Shown here piece after piece: positions 53,991 through 64,000 of a DNA stretch of 64,000 nt. A program made the position numbers and the translations under genes. Source of the stretch: Negaprion brevirostris (taxonomy: Eukaryota). The DNA lies in NCBI GenBank assembly GCA_030324005.1, contig JARDVH010000154.1:26731841-26795840 (forward strand), in the 5' to 3' direction. Below the pieces are notes generated by a model. The model was not told the DNA's origin, did not search any database, and saw nothing but the letters and a program-made list of their open reading frames with translations. Each line of letters begins with the position of its first letter. Position 1 is the first letter of the stretch.

Positions 53991-54335
53991 AAGGAACTTT
54001 AGAGATTATTTTTGGGGGAGTGGGGGGTCACTCATTAGATAATTCCTTCTGCACGTAAAAAGATGTTTCCCTTGAGCTACAGCCTCTGGGACCTTTGTCA
54101 GATTAAGGCTATAGAAACTCAGAAGAACATGTTTTGTCTTCCCTTTATGCCATTAGACGCTGGAAACTGTCAAGGTCTCTTGAGCCTTAACCTACTGAAC
54201 AATAGGGAGCAGAACACCCTAGGTTTGAAGCCTGGTTGCTGCTGAGTTAACTAGGTTTCAGTGGGGTTTGACTACAAGTGACCTCCTACCCCCGGGTTGG
54301 AGTTTTAAAAAAATTTTTAAAAAATTCATAAAATT

Positions 54336-54493
54336 ATAGAATTCCTACAGTGCAGGAGGAGGCCATTCAGCCATCGAGGCTGTACCAGCAACATTCCCAC
54401 CTCGGACTCAGCACCACATATTTACCCTGCTAATCCCCCTGACATTGAGGGGCAAATTTAGCCAGTCCACCCAACCCACACATCTTTGGACTT
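54336..54493 (-). mobile_element. V-SINE 3' half
   Basis: Reverse complement of agtccaaagatgtg...aaattgcccct...gcactgtagg. Confidence 0.75.
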
Positions 54494-54680
54494 GTTAACA
54501 CTGGTGGTGGGTTGTTGTCGAATTAGGAGTTACACATTCATAATTTATAAAACTGAATAATTTTTTGATTTCTGGTAGTCTTTTTGCCAAATGACTTTAA
54601 GAAGTGTGAAATATCTCCTACTGAGGATTAATTAAAATCATTTTAACTTGATAGTTGCTGGGACAATAGTCAACAAAGGT

Positions 54681-55023
54681 GGGGCAGCATGGTAGCAGTG
54701 GTTAGCATTGCTGCTTCACAACTCCAGGGACCTGGGTTCAATTCCCAGCTCCAGTCACTGTCTGTGTGGAGTTTGCACATTCTCCTCATGTCTGCGTGGG
54801 TTTCCTCCGGGTGCTTCGGTTTCCTCCCACAGTCCAAAGATGTGCGGGTTGGGTTGATTGGTCGCGCTAAAATTGCCCCTTAGTGTCTTGGGATGCGTAG
54901 GTTAGAGATATTAGCGGGTAAAAGTGTAGGGATTTGTGGGTAGTGCCAGGGTGGCATTATGATTGGTGCAGACTCGATGGACCAAAAGGCCTCTTTCTGC
55001 ACTGTAGGGTTCTATGATTCTGT
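54681..55023 (+). mobile_element. V-SINE (HE1-like), full length
   Basis: ggggcagcatggtagcagtggttagcattgctgc...ctgtagggttctatgattct. Confidence 0.92.
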
Positions 55024-58000
55024 AAGGTCTAGCAGTTGTAGTTGTGTTGAAAAGTTCTTAATTTTTTCCCCCTATTTTTCTCTCTTCACCCATCCCCAAA
55101 GATAAAGAATCTATCCTTATCTTCAGTGAAGAAAACAATTAAATCTATCCTATAATTCACCTCAGCTTAAATAATCATTATCAATTTTTAAGGAAGTTAT
55201 CTTGAGTGCAGAGAGATTCTAAGTTTTGACAGTTTTGCTCACCTACAAACTACCTAACTGAAACCAAAGTTTGCAGATGAACATCAGTTAAGGTTGATCT
55301 TGCATTTAATCTGTAAGTACATTTTGATGGTTTGGAACTTGACTATCAGGTTCCCCCACTTAGTTACTAATGAGCAAGTAAGACGATTTTACAAAAAAAA
55401 ATGAAGAGCTCTGAGCGCTGAGACTGTTTGGAGTGTTTTACTTTAATGCAGACCTGGCATACCACTGATGTAACTCCAACTCGAGTCTGAAACCTGTGTG
55501 GTCTGTCTGTAGCAGCAGTTTGCAGCCAGGAGTCGTTTTGGTTTTCATAAGGGAGCTTTCACAGATAAAAGAAAACTACACAGTATGTTGTNNNNNNNNN
55601 NNNNNNNNNNNNNNNNNNNNNNNNNNNNNNNNNNNNNNNNNNNNNNNNNNNNNNNNNNNNNNNNNNNNNNNNNNNNNNNNNNNNNNNNNNNTATGTTGTA
55701 GCAAAGAACATATTTTAAAACATCCACTTGTTGAGTTAGTATATCTGTAAGACTTTCCCATCAGAAAGGCCATCATAGCTTATTAATCCAAGTACTAATG
55801 AGATATGTCGAATTTGGTATTCGGATCGACCACCAGGGAAATACAAGATGGATTAGGAGTGAGAAATGAAGATTTCAGAGGCGCTTTATTTTTAAATCCA
55901 TAACATGTTATGGATTTGCCTATGTTAGACTTTTTTAACATGATTGTGTTAACATTTTTGAGCTTTATTGCTATCTTGTTGATCACTGATGTAGCAAGTT
56001 CTCAATGCTAGTTTGTCAGAACTGGTGTCTACTGCTTTGATTGCTTTCGTGAAGAATTAAATGTCCTTATTAAACATTTTGATTCATTTTTCTCCTAAAT
56101 ATTTTGTGCTTAATGGTCTCGAGTGCATTTTCTAGGTTACTATTGACATTTTCAATGTTTTTCATTAGTTCAAAATATTTATAAATTAACTTTGGTTAAC
56201 CTCACTGCGTAAGTGGTGGTTCACAATATAGCCTTACATAATTGTAAGCTAAACAGGCTAAATTTAAATTCCAAATTGTGTTGATCTCAGCCACAACACC
56301 AACTGGGGGGTTACTCTTTCCCTCACCCGCTTACTAGGCAGGAAAAATAAATCAATCTGTATTGGATTCCCACTCCTTTGTCACTGTTTAGTTACTTCTG
56401 CTAGAAACTGAAGATGTGTGCGGTGCAGAGATGATAGAATCACTGACTGAAACTTACTGCTAAAGTTTACAGAAAAAATAATGATACAAACAAGGTTTTA
56501 GAGGCAGCTGGTGCCTTTTGTGAATTTTGGAGCAAAGTTTGACAGCCTTAGGAAAGGAATGGGAAGCTGACCACTAAAGGTAACAATATTTAGCTTTCTA
56601 TTCACTCCTGTCCAAACAAGCCAGTCTGTTAATCGTTCTCTCAACTTAGAAGACTCCAAAGCTCTTTTCCCATTAATCACTGTCCCACATGACAGTCTGC
56701 CTAAGATTCATTGAGTTTTAATTGGAATAGTGAACAGGATCTCATTACTTAATTTTGGGGCAAAAAAAGCAGCAAATAATTTGCAAGGCAATATATATCA
56801 CATTGTGAAACACTGACAAAGATCAACTAGGATGGCTACCCCACTGATTTTATTTTGTGTCGAGTTCTCAAAAGTCACATCAGAATTCTTTGGAGCCATT
56901 GATTACATGTGATTGTGGGAGGAGTGGCATCAATTTATTCATGTTTCTTGGCATGGCTGTGGTGGGATCAGGCAGCTCTTTAGTTATGGCATTTGGGAAA
57001 TTGTTACATTTTGAGGCAGCTGAGAAGCTCCCAATTTCAATCATGTGTTGATTGAAATCAGTATCCTTCCTGATAAATAGGAGGGAGAATTCTGTGATCT
57101 GCTGTGCTGCAGGGACAGTTTATACTGAATGAACCCATAAGAAGTCCAGACTCCATGATCTTCATCCAGTTTTCAGTGGGGGCATGTTTTCTAATCCATA
57201 AGTGCAGTACACACTGAATTGGGTTTTCTACAAGATTGGTCACATTGCTAGCAGTTTCATGGGTTGCTGTCCAGAGCGTGACTAGAGTATGTGTAGGAAC
57301 TGCCCTTCTAGCCAAAGTCTCTTCTGTGTTTCCACCAATATTTCTTTGGCATTACAAATAACATTTTCAGAACTTGTCTAGAGTGTATTGTGTGTTATCT
57401 TAAGCAGGCCTTTGTGTACTTGCAACTTGGGCCTCAAAAAACTTTTTATCTGGGAGGAAACCTTTTTTTGTTTTAATTGAATTTTCCAATATTTATTTGC
57501 AGTATTAATAATTGGTAGGCAAGTTATTACTCTAAACATTTCTGTAAACATTGAGTAACCACTGCCAGTCTCATATTTGGCATTGAGGTCATAAACTTGG
57601 AAATATAGAAATATAGGGCAAGTTCCTAAACCTGTAAAACCAGATGGACCTGCAGAACAATGCCCAGCGAAAAGAAAAAAATATTTGCATATGTATACCA
57701 TCTGATCATGTCTCCCAGAAATGTGCTAAAACACAATGAATAAATTAAGTATTGTATTGTGGAAAGTATGATAGTCATTTAGCATGGTACAGACTACCAT
57801 AGATAGCAATGAAGTGAATGACTAGTTTGACCTGGTTGAGGGCAGAATGCTGGCTGAAAGAACTGCCAATGATGCCATTGAACCTTCGGTGTAAACTTGA
57901 ATTACTTAACAAAGGTTGAGACTGGGTTTGATGGCACCCTGGACTCTAAGCTGACTTACTGAAGTTGTTTTCTGACTTGGAAACCAGAATGGAAGTTACT

Positions 58001-58117
58001 GAGTCAAGTTAACGCTAAATAAATTTAATAATTTTGCTAAAGGTGGTCATGTTGATTGCCCTCAGAATTTCCGGTTTTAATTTCGTTTGACATTTAATTC
58101 AAAGATGTTTGCAGAAT

Positions 58118-58345
58118 CTTTGATTTGATTTATTATTGTCATGTATTAGTATACAGTGAAAAGTATTGTTTCTTGTGCATTATATAGACAAAGCGTACCA
58201 TTCATAGAGAGAGTGCAGAATATAGTGTTACAGTCATAGCTAGGATGTAGAAAAAGATCAACTTAATGTAAGGTAGATCCATTCAAAAGTTTGATGGCAG
58301 CAAAGCTGTTCTTGAGTCAGTTGGTACCTGACCTCAGATTTTGGC
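58118..58345 (-). mobile_element. LINE 3' end with (TTTGA)n tail, possibly Rex1/Babar
   Basis: tttgatttgatttattattgtca...aagctgttcttgagtcagttggtac. Confidence 0.5.
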
Positions 58346-58699
58346 ATTTTTGCATCCTCTCCCCACAGACTTCTATACATGATAAAAATGCTGATTCTAG
58401 CCTCTTAGAGAGTACACTGAACCCAACGAAAGAGCAATTAAAGATGACATCCTTTATTTAATTAAGTTTGCCGGTCCACCAGGGCTTTACAACTTTTTAA
58501 TACTAGTTTTTAAATCATGATGTATTTTTATAAGATCACATGGACTGTCTCATCTTAACTTTTTGTGTGTGTTCAGGTTAGAAAGGCTTTATTTTCTGAG
58601 CCGTTATTCACAAGTTGTCTTTCTAGCTGTTTATTCATGACCTAATCCTGCATTTAGAGAGTGAGGATAAAGTTGCCTTTTCTTGGGCATTATTAAGGG

Positions 58700-60050
58700 C
58701 TGCTGATAGACATTGAGCGCTGGATTGACCTGAAGAAAAACATGTAAACAGAGTGGGGACTCCAGGTTGCAGGGATTTAAAAGATTTCGAAGGAGAGACC
58801 AGGAAATGGGGTGGAGCAGCATATGAGGAGAAGCCCAGGAATGGGGAAGAGCGGTATGATAAAATGAGATCTGGGAGCGGAGCAGCATAAAAGGAAAGGT
58901 CCGGGAGCAGAGGAGAGCTCTGTAATCAGGCTGAGAATTTGAACCAAACTCGAGGAAAGAAAGTGATGTTCACAAGTCAAGTACTCACTGGGTGAGTATG
59001 TTAGTTTTTATTTTGATTTGAATTAATCTATTATAAATGAAACCAGATTGATCAATTAATATGAAATCTAAGGCCAATTTGATAATTTAACATCATTACA
59101 GTCAGTGTTTAATTAATTAGACTTGGCTGTTGAAGTTAAAGTTAAATACTCAGGCACAGTATATTTGGGTTTTTTAGTAAACTGAAATGAGATTTTTATA
59201 CAAGAGTTAAGTAAAATGTTAAACTTTGCCTCTCTATAAAACAAAGTGACATCAGCTAATGGAACCTGGTGAGTGGTTAGTGAATCTTTATTTAAGTCTG
59301 GCGACTATTTCTGTTAAATCAGTTAATAGTCTAACAAATGGAGGCATGGCAGGACATCTTGCTCTCCAACAGGTATTCAGTTCCGAATACTGGTGAGAGT
59401 AATGATTCCTCTGGAGAGTGCAGCCAAAACAAAGTTCATGGCACCATGGCTGGCTCACCTGAACAGCCATAATGTGAGATGCCGGCATTGGACTGGGGTA
59501 AACACAGTAAGAAGTCTCACAACACCAGGTTAAAGTCCAACCAGTTTATTTGNNNNNNNNNNNNNNNNNNNNNNNNNNNNNNNNNNNNNNNNNNNNNNNN
59601 NNNNNNNNNNNNNNNNNNNNNNNNNNNNNNNNNNNNNNNNNNNNNNNNNNNNTTTACAGAATACTGATTAATATTGTAAAGACTCGCATTCTACTCAGTA
59701 TTCTGTAAACTGTGTGTGCCTTTTATATGCTCTGCTTGAGACCAGAACTCTCCACTCACCTGACGAAGGGACAAACCCTGAAAACTAGTGGGTTTACTAT
59801 CAAATAAACTGATTGGACTTTAACCTGGTGTTATGAGACTTCTTACTGTGTTCACCTGCACAAGGCAGCACGAAGAAGATTGGGACAGCAGTAGTGATAA
59901 GGAACCATATCGTTAGGAGGACGGTGTTTCTGCGGCCATTTGTGAATCCAGGATGGTATGGGTGGAGGGGGTGTGTGAACAGTTGTGGTCACCACCCATG
60001 TTGTAGTGAAAAGGACATTCACACCTGCCCAGGTGCTGTGGGTAAGTGAA
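58700..60050 (+). mobile_element. Old CR1 5' region / ORF1 (SGNH esterase-like) remnant, interrupted by fold-back copy 2
   Basis: gcagtagtgataaggaaccatatcgttagg..tttctgcggcc..gaatccaggatggtatg resembles CR1 ORF1 AVVIGDSIVRG..FCG..ESRMV. Confidence 0.55.
59472..59855. mobile_element. Penelope-derived fold-back element, copy 2 (opposite orientation to copy 1)
   Basis: Arms aacacagtaagaagtctcacaacaccaggttaaagtcc / ggactttaacctggtgttatgagacttcttactgtgtt; centre tttacagaatactga-N27-tcagtattctgtaaa; flanking direct repeat TCACCTG(A/C)ACA at 59455 and 59852. Confidence 0.75.
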
Positions 60051-60344
60051 TATTTTAGCAATTTATACATGTGGCAATAATTACCAGAAGTGCTTACCAG
60101 CTCCTTTCTTAAATGAAAGTAATCTTCTTAGGGATCAGAAATGTACTTGAACTTCTGTTTCCTGCCCATTAGCTGATTGCAGTAATCTTTTAAACTTGGT
60201 CATGTGAAATGGAGCAGGTGGGATTTTCTTCAGCTTTATGCATTTGTGTTTTCTTCTCTCTCCTATTTTGGGCATAATTAGACATTGACAAATTAGTGAT
60301 TTTCACCAGTGGTTTCATTTTGAATGTATTGTCCAGTTCTGTAA

Positions 60345-60689
<345 letters not shown>

Positions 60690-63180
60690 AGTGACATTTA
60701 GAAAATGGAGCGCATCATTTTAACAGCACTGACCCGATCACAATGTTGCACAATGCAATGTATGAAGCTTTCTGACGCGCTTCCCGCCGTGGGAAGGACC
60801 GTGCTTGGTGTGCTAATGACCTTTCTGCACTAAGCACTTTGGGGAGAAAAACAAACCACAAACTTTTGCTGCATTGTCTTGTGCCCCCTAGACCTGGCTG
60901 AACGGATTCCCGCTGTTTTTTTTAACGGATGTTTTTAGATGTTGGCTCAGAAGCTTTCATTATGGGGGGTGGGGGGGAAGAAAAGGGTAGCCGTTTAACT
61001 TGCACTACTTCATCTACTTCATTTCGTGAACTTGAAGCCAGCTTCTGTCAGCACAAGAAAAATGGATAGGGGCATCGAGAGTCAAATGGACGACCTCTAA
61101 ATGGAGGAGAAGAGAAGCGCCCAGGCTGTGGATGCCGTAGATGTCAATGGGCTTCTTTTGTCCTTCCAGTGAAAATGCAAATATGTTGGTGTCCTTAGCC
61201 ACATCTGACCCAAAGTGTGCACGTTTGCAACTGCAGTCAAAAGAGAAAACTGTCTTAGCACTTGTATTATCATTATAATAAAAAAAAGAACATTTTTACA
61301 AGGAAAAATGAAACCACAGGAATTTGGGTCAAATTTTAAAAACATGGGAAGAAACCATTCAGTTTAGACTTTACCCACGTGCTCTTAGCAGTCTAAGCTA
61401 ATAAGAGCTATGGCTGTGTAAATGTGTTTTGAAATGAATACTGAGGTTTCATGTATAGAATGTGTGAAAAATGTATTAGCATTTTTCTTGGATGGATTAG
61501 CAAATGGAACAAAAATTGATGAACACATTTTCTTGTTCAATGAAGAAAAACAGTCCTACTTCAGCTCCTGAATTCAAGCTATTGTCAAACACACTCAACC
61601 ATTTCTACCCCAGAAGGAAAAGGTTAATTTGTAACAACCTGTTCCCAGGTCGCATTGCCTCCTTTGATTCATTGCTTTTCAGAAGTGGGGAAACAAAATT
61701 TAAAATAGTCAACTCCCAAATTTTTCTTTGGAAAATATAAATAAAATACTATTTTGTATTGAAATGCCTTTTGTGTATTTCCTCTTTAGAGGAAATCCTT
61801 TTTCCCCCAAAAATATTGTGAAATATTGATTAATTGTATGGTTTTGACAGTAAATTCAGCTTTTGTTTAGTGAATAAATTTTGTGCAGAAATTATTTTTA
61901 AAGACTGTCACTTAAACAGAATTTGTATTGATTTTTTTTCCAAACTTATTTATTGGAGCAAAGTCTGCTATTTTGATTTGATTCAATAGTGTTTGTAATG
62001 TTATGCTTTGAGGGCATCACAAACTTGTATGAAAAAGCTGATCTCCTTTTGAGACGGTGATTAAAGTGGCTCTTGTATTGTCCTGTTACCAGGGTTGGGA
62101 TCTCAGTTTTACAAACATTTTGAAATGAGAATGGATGCCGCAAACAATCCTTGCATCCTGGAAGTTTAGCTCTGAAACTTGGACATAGTTTCTGTGACGT
62201 CTGGCTGTGTTATCAAGAGCTTAAAATTCTGTATTTTCTTTGTCCTTTTTCTTTTAAAACAAGTTTGAGCGCACTGCCTTCTCCCAGTGTTGCTCTTTGC
62301 CCCTTTTTGTTCCCCCCTCCAAAGTAAGAAGATGGTGCAGAGTAGAGAAAATAAAATCAGACTGGAAACTTATGGTGGTTGAGTTTGCATTGTGGCACTT
62401 TATGATTTTGTTTTAAATCAAAGCTGTACTCTTTTCCCCACAGGCAATGGCAGCATAGCTTTACATTCCTGAAACTATAAACTGTATGGTCTGCTTTCAT
62501 TGCTCATGTGAACATAGCAAAATGATATGTGGATAGGCTGATATATTAAAGTATGTCACCTATGTATTTTGTCCTTTTATCTACCAGCTTATTCTCCATT
62601 TCATTGTACTACACTGCTTATTCAAACCCTTCCATCTCTGATGCTCTGCTTCTTGAAAGAGCTTCACAAATTTACTTTTAAACATTTTCATGTGTGTAAT
62701 GCAATGCTAATTAATTAGAGCTACTTAGACATATGCTACATTCCATGCAATAGTTTGGTGAACAAAGATTTTATCCAAAAAGGTGATGGATAAAATTGCT
62801 GTTTTTCGAGGGAAGTTGAAAATCATGATAAAACTGAAAATCCTTTCAGTGGCCAGTTAAGTAACTATATAAGAACACAAAGTTATGTTGAAACAGAACT
62901 CTTATTTTATTGGTCTTTTGCAAAATCGTAAGCTTAACCACAACAAAAGGAATTGGTGTAGGGTTGTGGGTGGGGGGAGGGGCGGCGGCAGCAGCAGCAA
63001 AGGGTGTGTTTCTTTTATAGTTTGTGTTCGATTGCCAGTTGTTGAAACAAATGCAACCTTCATTAGAGAGCTGAGTATCAGCAACTTTCAAGTTGCTCTG
63101 TTGTAGTTCTCAGCTGCCTGTAGGTTTCTAAGATTTCTTTTGTACCCAATGGTAATAGAATAAAAAAAATGAAGTAACTT
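60690..63180 (+). promoter_or_regulatory. SPOP: Probable SPOP 3' UTR with candidate polyA signals AATAAA at 61740, 61873, 62350 and 63159
   Basis: ~2.5 kb with no recognisable TE, U-rich tracts; the distal AATAAA is preceded by TGTA (63141); TE sequence resumes at ~63295. Confidence 0.6.
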
Positions 63181-63294
63181 GCTTTTGCGCTGGGGAGGCA
63201 CTATTTGACACTTGTACTATTCACTTTCATACTTTCTTGAAATGCTCACATTTTTCATAATTCTGCAGTTTTGTTTTACAAGACATCCTACAAG

Positions 63295-64000
63295 AGCATG
63301 AGACCAGATGGACTACCTGGCACTGACCTAGGCACTAGAAATGACAACTGCGAACTCAACCCTATTGACCCTACCTGGAAATTTGTGCCAAAATTGGAAG
63401 CGTTGGCTTACAGACCAGTTGAGATCATCGTGTAGCTNNNNNNNNNNNNNNNNNNNNNNNNNNNNNNNNNNNNNNNNNNNNNNNNNNNNNNNNNNNNNNN
63501 NNNNNNNNNNNNNNNNNNNNNNNNNNNNNNNNNNNNNNNNNNNNNNNNNNNNNNNNNNNNNNNNNNNNNNNNNNNNNNNNNNNNNNNNNNNNNNNNNNNN
63601 NNNNNNCCAGTCCCATAGCTGATAGCTCAGTATCCCTCCATATTGAACATCAGTTAGAGGAAGCACTAAGGTTGGCAAGGGTGCAAAATATTCTCAGTGA
63701 GCGACTTTGAATTTCCATCAGCAAGAATGGTTCAGTAGTACCACACCACAGACTGAGCTAGCCAAGACCTCAAAAGACATAGCTGTTAGATTGGGTCTCC
63801 TGCACATGGGGAGGAAACTCAACAAGCAGGAAAGATATACTTGATCTAATCTTCACCATCTTGCATGCCACAGATGTGTCTATCTATGGTAGTATCAATA
63901 GGAATGAACACTCATATTGAGGATATCCTCCATCCTGTTAAGTGGCACCTCCACTGTGCTAAATGTAATAGATTTTGAACAGATAACAACTCAGGACTCG
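63295..64000 (+). mobile_element. LINE endonuclease-region remnants downstream of SPOP
   Basis: ggaaatttgtgccaaaattggaagcgttggcttacagaccagtt... and aatttccatcagcaagaatggttcagtagtaccac; similar family to the ~14750-15300 fragment. Confidence 0.45.

Overview
Eukaryotic, AT-rich, repeat-dense and gapped genomic DNA. The repeat content (HE1/V-SINE-type tRNA SINEs, many CR1 LINE fragments, L2, Deu-domain SINEs, Penelope-derived repeats) points to a cartilaginous fish, most likely a shark; this is an inference. The window holds the complete coding region of one + strand gene, SPOP (MATH-BTB-BACK Cullin-3 adaptor). Nine GT-AG coding exons from 11439 to 60689 splice to 1125 nt (374 aa plus stop), followed by a ~2.5 kb repeat-poor 3' UTR. 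No promoter or CpG island is visible, so the TSS probably lies upstream of the window. The strongest anomaly is two intact complement C3 exons, with their 99-nt intron and all splice sites, sitting in sense orientation inside a SPOP intron (16843-17204). This is either a genomic gene-fragment capture, which would act as a poison cassette if spliced, or a misplaced contig next to a 100-N gap. Second is a pair of Penelope-derived fold-back elements that share the same central junction and carry minimal hammerhead-ribozyme motifs. Homology calls come from my recall of the families, not from database searches, and repeat boundaries are approximate.
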